Below are positions 10,801 to 22,500 of a stretch of 64,000 nucleotides of DNA, piece after piece. The notes beneath the pieces were generated by a model that did not search any database, was not told where the DNA came from, and worked only from the letters and a program-made list of their open reading frames with translations. The translations under genes were made by a program, and so were the position numbers. The stretch is from Asterias rubens (lineage: Eukaryota), in the NCBI RefSeq assembly GCF_902459465.1, contig NC_047080.1, forward strand, positions 10,354,001-10,418,000. Direction: 5' to 3'. Each line of letters begins with the position of its first letter. The first letter of the stretch is position 1.

Positions 10801-13800
10801 GCGGAAGCCAGCCGGTCTTTAACAGCTTCAGCTGTGTCTTTATCAACCGTTTAAACACCCCCACGTGACGCGCTCTCCACCAATAGGAGTAGAGAAACTG
10901 TCTGGGGTATTTATGCATAAAGATTTATGTCCAGAATGAAACTATGGAATGTTCCTTGTGTGGAATCATTTCAGTGGTTTTCATTTCATTTTTGTTTAAT
11001 CCAATTTCTTATTTTATTTTTACAGTTTTTTGTCTGTAGTGTGTGTTTAACCTTTTTGAGACCATTAATGTATGTATTTCCCATTACCATACATGTACGG
11101 CCAGATGGCTGATCTTAATGATTTATTGCCCCGTTATTTTTAGGAAAAATCTTTCACAAATTATTGAGAAACACAAAATGTGGTTTTCTACTAGAATTGT
11201 TGATTAAATGAAAACAAGGAAACATCGGAAAATGTAAATTCGGTTATGACACTCTTGTTTGAGCGGAAATAAATGCTGCCATTTAACTGCAGTCACTACG
11301 GACAATTTGGTACAATATTGTTATTATTTCACTCTATTTTATTTATTTATGTATTTTTTACTTTGTTTTTTTTTTCGGGGGGGGGGGGGGGGCCATTTGA
11401 TGTCAGTGCCAATTGACATGGTTAACATTATGGTGCTATCGCAAACCTCACCTTAAAGCAAAAAAAAAGACACAAAAGAAGAAAAGAGATTCTGACTCAC
11501 CGCCATGTAGGCCACACAGCCAGCACTCCTTGTTCTTGCCTTGGAGTCGACCAGTCTACCGCTGATTCCAAAATCACATAACTTGACAACTCCCTTTTCA
11601 TCTAATAACATGTTGGATGGCTTCACATCTATAGGAGAGAAAAGATCAATAATAATTATGATAATAACCTGTTTTTATATAGCGCTTTTTCACGCTGGTC
11701 ACCGGGGCCTTAAATCACTCCTTTAACCATCTAGGCTCCCTGGGGAGTAAACAGCCTGTGCGCAATATATGCGCTACTCGGCTAAACCAATCACAAGAAC
11801 CATCCCCTCAAATCCTACAAGAACCATCTCTGCCCTCACAGGTACCCATTTACCCCTGGGTGGAGAGAAGAAATTTTAGTTAAGTGTCTTGCTCAGGTAC
11901 ACAAGTGTCACGAAAGGCATTCGAACCCACACTCTGGTGAACAGAAGCACCAGAGCTCGAGTTCGGTGCTCTTATCCACTCGGCCACGACACCCCCGCTT
12001 TAAGAAGGATCACGTCAGGTAGAAAATTTTGTTCAAGCATAGCACCAAGCAATAAATTAGGCGCATCATTACTGAGGGGGATAAGCGAATCGGACCCAAG
12101 CTCTTGTTTGTCTGATCAGCAGAGTGTGGGTTCCATTCCTGGTTGTTCCACTTATGTCCTTAAGCAAGACACTTAACAATTATTGCTGTGTCCTTCGGAT
12201 GGTACGTAAATCTGTCGGTCACAATGTGTTGTGTTGTGTAATGCATGTAAAAGAACCCTATTTTGTTAAAAGGTCTAGGGTCATCAATTTTCCAAGGTGG
12301 ACTCTGGCAAACTCACAAATCAAAAGGTCAAACATTTGAAAAGAAAAATTAAGTTTAGCTGTCAGAAAGCATATTTGATTTGTTTTTAAAAGGCTAGCAA
12401 CCTTAATTATTAGGTATTTTTAGTTAGCATTGGCTTCTCCGTGAAGCAAATGTGATGCACCACTCCATGTATGGTGTCAATGAATGCTGCCCTCTTGTGA
12501 CTACTCTACAAATGCAGTAATCCCAAACAACGAGGGCAGCAGACACTTCTAACTGTCTCATTATTTTGACTTTCCTAAAAAGGAAACCTACATACCTCTA
12601 TGCATTACTCCATGTACTTCCTTCAGATAATTCAATGCATTTACAATCTAAAGAAAAGGAAAAAAATATTACAAAATAAATACCATACAATTTCAAAACT
12701 TCCTTTTTTTTTTTTTTTAAGCTCGTGTAATAAACCGCAAGGGAAACTGACTGGGCTGATTTTTAATATAACCAAGTTGCATTCCCTTCGGGTGATTCTA
12801 TGGCTGCCGCTTCCCAGGGCCCAATTTCATAGAGCTGCTAAGCACAAAAATTTGCTTAGCATGAAATTTCTTCCTTAATAAAAACAGGTTTACCAACCAA
12901 ATTTCCATGTGATTTTCAGGATAAGCAAACAAAAGCTGAATACCAGTAACAAGCACTATGTAACAAATGAAAACTTGGCTGGTAATCCTGTTTTTATCAG
13001 GGAAGAAATTTCATGCTTAGCAAATTTTTGTGCTTAGCAGCTCTATGAAATTGGGCCCTGGTTGTACAGCATGTACAGTAAGCTAAACAACTAGGGTGAG
13101 ATCCCTGGCTACACGATAGCCAACTGTTACATGGCTTCCGACTCACACCCCCAAACAAAGGACTTTTCGTTTTCGACGCAGGATGGTTCTGCGACGGTAA
13201 AGATGACATTTGGCGTCATCTGCGCATGCGTCGGCTTTGAGGACGGTCGTCCCTCAATTTCTACGACAGTACTTGGGATGAATCTTCGTTGTGCTGAAAA
13301 CGACAATGTTAGCTGAACAACCGTCGCAGAACCATCCGTCGTCGAAAACGAAAAGTCCCTATTGACTAATAGGGAGACCGCCACCACACATGTGGGGCTG
13401 GATATCTTGCTTGGTAGAGCGCCAGTACGTTAATCCAGAGGTTGTTGGTTCAAGTCCTGCCCCAGTCAATTTTTCTTTGTTCAAACCCCCTTTTTTCAAA
13501 CCCACAGTCTGCTGCTGACAACACCAGAGCTAGGGTCCGGTGAAGTAGACCACTCGGCCACAACATGCCCTTAGCAATATCCTTAGGGTCAGTCATAGAC
13601 ATAGCTGCAGCCATTAAAGACAGTGGACACTATTGGTAATTACTCAAATAATTATTAGCATAAAACCTTACTTGGTAACAAGCAATGGGGAGCTGTTGAT
13701 AGTATAAAACATTGTGAGAACAGCTCCATCTGAAGTAGCGTTGTTTTCGAAAAAGAAATAAGAATTAGATTGTGAGGTCTCAAAATCAAGCATCTGAACG

Positions 13801-16800
13801 CACATCTTTGTCAAGGGTGTTTTTTCTTTCATTACTATCTTGCAACTTCTTCGACCAATTGAGCTAAAATTTTCACAGGTTTGTTATTTTATGCATTATG
13901 TTGAGATACACCAAGTGAGAAGACTGGTCTTTGACAATTACCAATAGTGTCCAGTGTCTTTAATTGGGATAAAGCCTAAGCCTCGTCCCATTGCTTTGGT
14001 ACAGTCACAATTCATGATGACAAAAGTCAGACTTACTGCAACCACCATTTTGCCGATGATTTGTTCAGGGATGGGTTCTCGTAATTTCTTGAGAAGTTTC
14101 TCTAAGCAAGTTGCCATCTGCTCCATACAGATCCAGACTTCACTCTGAAGAGATAAGATTGGAAATCAAAATGTTAACTAAACAGACTTTACAGAGCTAA
14201 GATTGATCTTAACTGCCAATCGATCTTAATTGCTAAGCAAAGTGTTATGTCACAATACAAAACACTATGGTAATAGTGTGACAACCCCAGGGCTCGTAGC
14301 TAAAAATGTTTACTGCAGACAAGAAACTTTTGAGTTTTTTTTACAGTACTTACTGGATTAACGAGGGCACCTAGGCATTGCACTATGAAGGGACAGTTGT
14401 GACTCTTAAGGACGACTTCCAGATCCATTAGTATCCTCTTGTTCTCTTCCTTATTACCAGATCGTCTCATTTGCTGTTCAAGGGAAAAAAAACAGAATTT
14501 GAAACTTTATTACTCATTCTGTATTTGTTTAAAGAGCCAATAAAGGATGATCTCAATATTTCAACTCTTACCTTTTTATGGCCAAGTAGACATCGTAGAT
14601 ACCGGTTAATAGACATTTTATTCTCAAAATTTGCATTTAGTAACGAATAACTCGAGTCAAAAATACACCCCGCCGCGTGGCTTTTTCAGCCGAGAGTCAA
14701 AAACGGCTTATCTATTATAATGACCTCTTGACGCCAGTGATGATATTCCCCTAATTGGGTGTGAACACAGTTCTCCAGCTTTGGCAAACTGAGGGCGCTA
14801 TTTTCCACACCAAATAGCCGCCACTGACGTCACGATTCCTTTGCGCAGGTTTGTTTTACCCTGCATTTTTCAGAAATTTGGCTAGAAGCGATCTGTAGAA
14901 AAAACATTTTTTACCATGTTTTAACGTGAGGTAAGAGACTCATTATATTTTTTTGTAATGTTTCCTATGGACACCAGCTATTAGAAAACAGTAATATCTA
15001 TATATTTGAGAACATCCTTTATTGGCTGTTTAAATCCTCCCACAGTAGTAATTATTACAGGCCTTGAAGTTCATCTCACAGGGCAAGGACATTTTCCAGG
15101 CAGAGAATTTTATCTTTGTGAGGGCAAGGCCATTTTCCAGGTATGGAATTTCATCTTTGAGAGGGCAAGTCCATTTTCATTTTGCATTATTGAAAAATCT
15201 TAAATATATAAGAAACTTTTGAAGCAGTGTGCGCCGATTGTCACCGTAACGTGACCTGATTGGACTCTCAAAGTTTCAAATCCTACCTTGAAAGTGTGTT
15301 GACGTCTGTTCATTTTACAGATTGGCTCATAGTTCCCATTGGAATTGGAAGAAAGGGTGACTTATGTTTTAAGGCACTGGGCACCTTTGGTAATTGTCAA
15401 AGACCAGTATTCTCACTTTGTGGTGTATCCCAACATATGCATAAAAAAAAACAAGTCTGTGAAAATTTTGACTCAATCGGTCATCGAGGTTGCAAGAGAA
15501 TAATGAAAGAAAGAAAAACTCCCTTGTCGCACAAACTTGTGTGATTTCAGCAGATGCCTAGTAAAAGGGTTCAGGCCTGAAATCTTTTATTATTTGAGTG
15601 AGAAATTACAGCTTTCTCAAAAACTACATAACTTCAGAGGGAGCCGTTTCTCGCAGGTTTTTTTTACTATCAACAGCTCTCCATTGCTCGTTACCAAGTA
15701 AGTTTTTATGCTAACAATTATCTTGAGTAATGACCAATACTGTCCAGTGCCTTTAACTGTTTAGGAATATACTTAAATGCACAACTCTCGCGCTTTCCAG
15801 TATTCCTCTTGCCTACCTTGACAGCAACGATTGTACTGGTTTCTTTGTGTCTCATACGTATCACATGACCACAGCTGCCGAAACCAAGCTCATCTATTGC
15901 CTCCAATGAGTCTATGTTGAACGTCAAACGCTACAAGAAGGAAAAGAGTCACAAGTTAGTGATCAGAAATTCAACTGGCTTTTGAACAAAACAAATCTGG
16001 AACTGTTTAGGCAGAGTAAATCCAGCTGGCAGATTCAAAAACATGTCTTTAAAATGTTTCTGTTTGTTCAGGCCACTTGAGTACCTTATTAATAGATACA
16101 CCGTACGTGCGCTGTATACATGTTAGACTATCGGACTGTAATATTGTACACCTCTCGATGTCTCTTTAAAGAGAATGAATATCTTAGGCTTTTAGAACCG
16201 TTCAATGGTTTTAATCCTATGTAGATATACAATAAAACACCTGATAAAGTTTCACTGAATATCCAGAATGTCCTAGTTTCCCCCGCTTAAATTTACCCAC
16301 CCTCATCCAATGTCCGAAATTCCATAAAGCTGTTAAGCAGAAGAAAAAAAACAGCTTGACAATTTTGTTTTGCTAAGCAAAAATTTAGTGGGGCTCCAGT
16401 CACAACAATGTAAACTTAATGGAATTTTGGCTGGTACAGTGTATCTTGTTTCTGTTAAGCAATACTTTTCTGTGCTTAGCAGGTTTTTGTGCTTACATGC
16501 TTTATGAAATTGGGCCCTGAACTGATCCAAAGGGGAACAAACTATATAACTTCCCTTCAAACTCGCAACGTCATCCACGTACAGGTACATGACCACTGTA
16601 AAGGACTTAACTGTGTGAACATGAACTGTAGCCACACCTCACACTTCCTCTGGGCGCCGGGTGTAACTCAATAAGGCCCCCTTTTACCCCACACTTACTT
16701 GTCCCAGTTTCCCCTACTGGGACTACCCACCCTCATCCAATATCCGAACTCCCCTGCTTTGGGAGGCCCTTGTGACCAGGGACAGGAAATTGAACTTGAC

Positions 16801-19072
16801 AAGTCAATTATGTTAATAGCCAATTTGGATCAGTCTACAACTTCCCTGGTCTTAAGGCACATGACCTCACTCGTCGAAGCTGACTGTTTGTGTAGAAATG
16901 CGCAGTGTAATAGGGCCATGTCAGACAGTGCAATATTTTCAGGCAACTTGGAATCAACCAACTGCACAGCAGAGCCCAATATCATAGAGCTGCTTAAACA
17001 AACAATTTTGCTTAAATACAGTGTGCTTAGCAAAAATGTGCAGATTACCAGTCAGAAATGGTGCATGTCACATGGTATTTTGTCTGGTAAGCTTATTCTG
17101 GTAAACAGGGTTATATGTTAATTTTGGTTTTTACCCGTACACGGATGTGTGTTAGCACTGTATACTCAGTACTTTCCCGAGTCCTGTGAAAAAATATCAC
17201 AGGCATGTTACTCGGGTGGGATTCGAACCCATGACCCTTGCAATTCTAGAGCAGTGTCTTACCAACTAAGATTTCATAAGCCAACCATGCCCCCAAAAGA
17301 AGATCATGTACAACAAACATACAAATGTGACATAATTTACAAAAACTCCTTGAAAAAAATGTTTTAAACGAAAGAAGTTAAGTTTAAATTGGATTTTTGT
17401 TAATTGTTCAAAACTTACCTTGCCCTCTATTGTGAGCTTTCCGGTCTGTCGCATAATTTCCTGTAGTTTTCGATCAATCTCTCGACTAAAAAATAATTGG
17501 TAAAAGAAAACCAACACAAGCAATATCAATATATATTTGGTTTGAGGTAACACCGTGTGGGTATCTACTTGCCAGGTAGAGTTTGTTCTTTTGAGATCTA
17601 GTCTTGCTTTATATTCAACTATTGCGCGGGGTAGAGTTTTGGAATTCGGAAGACTTCTCAGTTCTGAAACGAACTGTCATGCTTTTTAACTACAACCTAG
17701 GCGGAAGGTAGAAAATTGGCCAGGACTACTACCATACAACATGTACAATAACAATAAACTTGTATTTTTTATTTTAAAGTAAGCTTCACCCCTAACAATT
17801 GTCCCAAGTAATGTTTAAGTCTGAATTTGACGATTTCATCAGATTTGCACAAAAAATCAACGTTAATCCTTACCTGTCAATAGAATTTCTGTGTGATGCA
17901 GTGGGCCGTGGAAAATTATCCTTGACCTTGTGTTTTCTGCCTTGTCCAGCCCCTGGTCTTGACGCAGTGGATGGACCATCTTGATGCAAGAAAAGAGCTG
18001 CAAACAAAGGAGAATCAAGATTATTATTTGTGTAAGAATTCATTTTGTCAAAAAAATACATTTTTAGGAGAGGGTGATGTCAATTGTCAAATTTAGAAAC
18101 AAACAAAATGAACACTATGATTTAGAACGCCTAGAAATTTTCAGATTGAAATGTGCCCACACACAACACGACTAAAAATTTATATTAATTTTATGTTTCT
18201 TTATTTTTTGAGATTGTTGATGCCTACCTTTAGAATGAATTTGTAAATATTTGTTTTACATTAAAAATAAACATTCCGTTTGGTAAAATATAACCTTTTT
18301 TGAGGGATTTTCATCTTGACATCCTTGAGTGGCAGAACTACACAGTAGACTAGCAGTCCCTCATTTTACTATGTTATCATATTTTATAGTCTGAACTAGT
18401 CACCAGTCACAAGTTTGTAATAATATTTGGAACACAATAATAGTCAATACAACTTTAAACTAAGAATTTCTTAGACATTATTAACACCATTCTCGATGAA
18501 TTATATTAAATAGATGGCCAATTAAGTAGACCAAACAGACGTCCAATATCAAATTGAAAAACTGAAATTGAACATGTTGAAATTGAAAAAAAATGACAAA
18601 AGAAAATTTCATAATTTCTTCAGACTTCAAATTCAATTCAAAACAAGTTCAAATTAATACCAAAAAGCATCTCACTAAATTGCCCAACATTTTTACTATG
18701 GAAGGAGTCATTGGTTTTGAAACAACGGTGACTTTACAATAATTTCTGCAAAACAAACCAATGACTGAATCATGAATGCGTATAAAAACATATTTCACAA
18801 CGCACAGCAGAGCGGTATGCACCACACAATGTATCAAAACAAAAACATGTCATGTCAAATGAACAGAGTGACGGACTAGCTATTTTCAAACACACTTTCC
18901 CCGTCCCTGTAAAGATAAACCTACCTGGTCTTTGCCTAGGAGCTTTTGGAGAATCCAGTTTGAAATCTATCGTCGGTCTGTCGCGTTTTCTAGCCTCGTT
19001 TTCCGCTCGCAAACTTGCTTCTATTCGATTTAATTTCTGGTGAAGTTCCACGGAAGAAGACATTTTGGCCAT
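1850..19072 (-). CDS. MAP2K7: Dual-specificity MAP kinase kinase 7 (MKK7, JNK activator); 11 coding exons in the window, 3' end incomplete
   Basis: GT-AG exons in consistent phase: 19072-18925, 17997-17874, 17485-17419, 15930-15817, 14473-14354, 14144-14037, 12647-12596, 11628-11501, 4906-4826, 2524-2382, 1895-1850 (1131 nt, 377 codons). The translation contains EIDRKLQEIMRQTGKLTI, the G-loop LGFGSCGHV, VAVKQMRRSGNKEENKRILMDL, HRDVKPSN, DFGISGRLVDSKARTRSAGC (SxAxT activation loop), PERIDPPDPNNPDYDVRADVWSLGISL and LTKDCSQRPKY. All of these closely match human MAP2K7 as I recall it. I found no terminal exon in positions 1-1849. Confidence 0.96.
2980..3222. mobile_element. Palindromic MITE (family B, PIF/Harbinger-like)
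   Basis: GGCCCAATTTCATAGAGCTGCTAAGCACAAAAATTTGC...GCAGCTCTATGAAATTGGGCC with CWG flanks. Copies at about 12817-13060, 25672-25912, 52936-53180 and 60929-61166. Variants or fragments at about 9380-9640, 16370-16520, 16973-17110, 47950-48000 and 49595-49990. Confidence 0.8.
3512..3820. mobile_element. MITE with ~28-bp terminal inverted repeats
   Basis: CATAGAAATAGAACCCGGAGAACGCTGA at the left end and TCAGCGTTCTCCGGGTTCTATTTCTATG at the right end, with internal repeated motifs. Confidence 0.7.
4170..4490. repeat. 20-bp minisatellite, about 16 units
   Basis: Head-to-tail units of TGTCCAATATTAAAACAGGG and close variants, with no spacers. Confidence 0.92.
5363..5700. repeat. 311-bp unit containing a tRNA-like segment, bounded by 27-bp direct repeats
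   Basis: AATATAAACCACAAGGGAAACTGACTG occurs at 5363-5389 and 5674-5700. A tRNA-like cloverleaf lies on the minus strand at about 5429-5502. Related pieces at about 5935-6155, 12730-12812, 13396-13490 and 46443-46610. Confidence 0.7.
7467..7641. mobile_element. Short CAGGCCTG-ended repeat (family E)
   Basis: CAGGCCTGTATGCTTC...GAAAGGGCAAGGGCACCAAGGC...GTGAAGTATCAGGCCTG. About ten copies or variants: 2141-2280, 7918-8240, 8575-8740, 9020-9160, 15058-15180, 20468-20632, 22050-22200, 22838-22992, 27578-27720, 58135-58245. Superfamily not determined. Confidence 0.7.
10090..10915. mobile_element. Dispersed repeat interrupted by a nested TTAA MITE (family C, 10224-10585)
   Basis: This is an inverted homologue of 55682-56186. 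The nested insert ttaa-AGCCATTGGACCC...GTGTATAATGGCT-ttaa is absent from the other copy. Further family C copies at 1-186 (partial) and about 57571-57888. Confidence 0.8.
11648..11996 (-). mobile_element. tRNA-derived SINE with a CORE-like body and L2-like tail
   Basis: On the minus strand: tRNA head (GGGGTGTCGTGGCCGAGTGGATAAGAGCA...GGTTCGAATGCC), then CTCTCCACCCAGGGGTAAATGGGTACCTG, ending in GCGCTATATAAAAAC...ATTATT. A related copy lies at about 32940-33095. The CORE assignment is from recalled resemblance only. Confidence 0.65.
13162..13360. mobile_element. MITE with ~38-bp terminal inverted repeats
   Basis: GGACTTTTCGTTTTCGACGCAGGATGGTTCTGCGACGG at the left end and CCGTCGCAGAACCATCCGTCGTCGAAAACGAAAAGTCC at the right end. 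Confidence 0.7.
13614..13963. mobile_element. Most abundant TTAA-flanked MITE (family A, Kolobok-like); representative copy
   Basis: ttaa-AGRCASTGGACACTATTGGTAAT...ATTACCAATAGTGTCCASTGYCT-ttaa, 350-400 bp, with an internal core GAGAAACGGCTCCCTCTGAAGT. Copies at about 15369-15756, 20848-21237, 21563-21922, 27780-28159, 28515-28889, 29790-30152, 37885-38273, 43026-43410, 43410-43794, 44536-44890, 45539-45912, 48286-48684, 56550-56937 and 58691-59087, plus fragments. A TTAA target duplication with RR...YY termini is typical of Kolobok elements. Confidence 0.85.
14579..14941. repeat. Dispersed repeat; inverted homologue of 54852-55199
   Basis: Co-linear similarity along the whole length, for example CCACACCAAATAGCCGCCACTGACGTCACGATTCCTTT versus its reverse complement near 54955-54990. 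Confidence 0.8.
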
Positions 19073-19593
19073 TTCTCTTATTTGGGGTCAAATCAGGCTC
19101 GTACAAAAAGGCATATAACTGTTTCTAAAATACTTTACAAAATACATCATTTTAAATCAAAAAATTATCTTCAAAATACTTCAGTATCATTCTTTTAATA
19201 TTTTTAACAATAATTTATTACTAATTTATTTTGTTCTGAAGGTTTTAGAAAAGACTATTTTAGGCATTTGGAGTATTTAAATGACCAAAAGTTCGCGGCA
19301 AATGCTGGTAATTCGCGCGCTGTGTGTTATATGCTCTTTCATGCCTTTGTACACAAAGTTTATCAACGAAAAAGGCTAGGCATGCATGATCATTGATACG
19401 GCACTGTTGTAGTAATAAATAGGTACCGCATGTACAGTGTGTGGGGGAATTTGCCAATGTGATTGTGAATGTGTTTAGGGCTGTTGTAATCGTTAATTTC
19501 ATCAGAAATAGAACCATTGTCGGCGATCGTACCTCTACACAGGTGTGTACCCGATGCATTGTGAATGTTTATGTGAAGCATTTTGTACATGGA
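19073..19593. promoter_or_regulatory. Putative bidirectional promoter shared by MAP2K7 and FPGS, with E2F-like sites
   Basis: The two divergent ATGs are 521 bp apart, and the interval has no recognisable repeat. TTTGCCGC (E2F consensus TTTSSCGC) lies on the minus strand at 19295-19302, and ATTCGCGCGC at 19311-19320. Transcription start sites cannot be seen from the sequence. Confidence 0.6.
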
Positions 19594-22500
19594 ATGTATG
19601 TCGTTCGGCGGCATTTGCAGAAACTCTTCGACTTCGGTATGAAAGAGATGATCGGCTCGAAAGCCCCGTCCGGAATGTCCGGCGGCAATAGACCATGGAC
19701 GATGAATCTAGCTAAGAAAAGTACCAATGGGAATGGAGACAGCGTAGCCGGGAGCCGTTACGAGGTACGGAAGAATACCCTAGCTCTGGTCTAAATAATA
19801 AGTCTAGTACTACTAGTTTTATTAATAACTGGGGCTCTGTTCTGTACTCATGTGTAACAATTCTGACTTTTGGCTTTGCAACTTCGTCTACGATTTTACG
19901 AAGATGCGAAGGATGTCAGGGGGTGGCCGTCAGGGTCACACTGTAGCCCCACTTATGGCCAAGGATAGCTGAATCCTATCCTTGGCCACACAAGTGGGGA
20001 TAGGTCACACACACTGTAGCCCCACTTGTGAGCCCAAGCCGTGGTTTTAGAAAGGCCCCTGGTAAACCAAATCTCCCAACTCGGTTTCACAAAGCCCTAA
20101 GAATCGTCTTAAGATGAGCCGTACTATAGTGATACTTTGTTAGAATTAAGATTGATGATGCAAAGTTAAGATCAATATATTATCTATGTGAAATCGGCCC
20201 CTGATTTTTGTAAACAAATTAATTGACCTCAGATTTATATTTATAAGATACCAAATTTCTACACAGCACACGCTTTTACAGTCGATCTTTTTATATATTT
20301 GTTATCTTGGTTGGTAGACTCTAAAGGTCATCTGCTGGCTGTGATCTTTTGGTCCCATTAATATTGAGGTCAACATTTTTTAGCAGTGGCCGATTAATGC
20401 TGTTTATTAAAATTATTTAAAAGGGGAAAACAAAATTACTTTTTTGGAAGGATGAGTAAATATATTCCCAGGCCAGGAATTTCATCTTTGAGAGGGCAAG
20501 GCCATTTTCACTTTGCAAAGGGCACTTCCATTGGAAAATCTTTAAGTCAATGGGAGATTTTTGGAAGGGGCATCAAGGCCAAGACTAGGGGCAACAGAGG
20601 CCATTTCCTCCTCGGCATTCGTGTAATTCCAGGCATGTATTCTCATAGCAACTTCAGAAAACTCCATACCAGTACTAGGCTCGTACAACCAACTTGAAAC
20701 AATTAAGTGAGTCAAGATTTTGTTGAATACAGAATAAGTGACTAGAGTGGGATTTGAACCTTGGTCCTTCTGGCTGGCAAGCAGTTGAGTTTGCAATTTG
20801 TTTCCATCTTCCCGATTATGAAACCCTTTTCCCCATTATGTTGGATATTAAAGACACTGGACACTATTGGTAATTGTCAAAGACCAGTCTTCTCACTTGG
20901 TGTATCTATATATGCATAAAGTAACAAACCTGTGAAAATTTGAGCTCAATTGGTTGTCAAAGTTGCAAGATAATTTAATGAAAGAAAAAACACCCTTGTC
21001 ACACAAAGTTGTGTGCTTTCAGATGCTTGATTACGGGACCTCAAAATCTAATTCTGAGGTCTCGAAATCAAATTCGTGGAAAATTACTTCTTTCTCGAAA
21101 ACTATGTTACTTCAGAGGGAGCCATTTCTCGCAATATTTTATACTATCAACAGCTCCCCATTGGTTGTTACCAAAAATTGTAAGGTTTTATGCTAACAAT
21201 TATTTTGAGTAATAACCAATAGTGTCCACTGCTGTAATTCTAAATATTTCCCTGATTAGTGTACTAAGTGTCCCTGAGTGCAAGGTGGCACTTGGCAGCT
21301 CTAGAAAATGTACTGATTATTCTGTACTTTATAGTACCCTTTTCTTTTCTATTGTCATCTTCGTATACAGGAAGCAGTGAATGAATTGAACACACTACAA
21401 AGCAATGCATCTGTGTTGGCTCAAGTCAAAAGAAAAAATAAAGATCATGGAAAAAACAATCTGGAACAAGTGCAGAAGTTCGCTGAGCGGGCAGGCTTGA
21501 CGGTAATATATCATTTTATTGAAATTTGTATACTCGTGGTCCAGCGCCCAACCTGTTGCTAATTAAAGGGAGGGTACATGTTTGGTAATTGTCAAAGACC
21601 AGTCTTCTCACTTGGTGTGTCCCAACATAAGCATAAAATAACAAGCCTGTGAAAATTTGAGCTAAATTGGTCATCGAAGTTGCAAGAAAATACACCCTTG
21701 TTGGATGAATTTGTGTGCTTTCAGATAGGAATAAAAGACTTCTAGCTAGAAGTCTTTTTTTATTTTAGTGAGAAATTACCTCTTTCTCAAAATTTATGCT
21801 ACTTCAGAGGGAGCCGTTTCTCACAATGTTTTATACTATCAACAGCTTGCCAATGCTCTTTACCAAGTCAGTTTTTAAGTTAATTGTTTTGAGTAATTAC
21901 CAAACGTGTACCTTCCCTTTAAGATTTTGTTCTCATCTGTAAAAAACACAAGTTATGAAGACAGTTGTCCAATTTGAATTATTTTGGTTGGGTTGATGAT
22001 GACTTGGACGGGGTGGAAAAACTGTCCATAACAATATTCATTTCTCGTGCCCGTATGCATCGTTTTTGAAAGGGCAAGGGCACCAAGGCATTTTCTCCTT
22101 GGTAAAGTAAGGGCACCCTTCTACTAGAGCATTTCAAGGGCACCAAGGCAATGATTAGGGTGGCATGGAGGCAATCCCCTTCATTGCCTTTGTGTATCGT
22201 ACCTGATAACTGGTCTCGTCCACTATCATCTGTGTAAAATTAAAAAATTCTGTATTACTATTAATACTTTGCAATTTTATTGTTATTACTCTCTAACAGG
22301 CTGGTCCTAGACAGAGCCATATAAAAATTCAATAATTTATTATTATCAATAAATATTGTTTGATTGTCTTTTTGTCTTGACAGCTGGATAAGTTAGACAA
22401 GCTTTCAATCATACATGTGAGTGGCACCAAAGGAAAGGGATCTGTGTGTGCACTGTGTGAAAGTATGCTGAGGGCTTCCGGGTACAAGACAGGTTTCTTC

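Noticed and set aside
20954-21212. Recurrent ORF family (MCAFRCLI...[11 protein letters not shown]; also at 37907, 43447, 44580, 45565, 48312, 57836, 58783)
   Set aside because: These are chance frames within family A MITE copies. Frames and stops differ among copies and there is no transposase motif.
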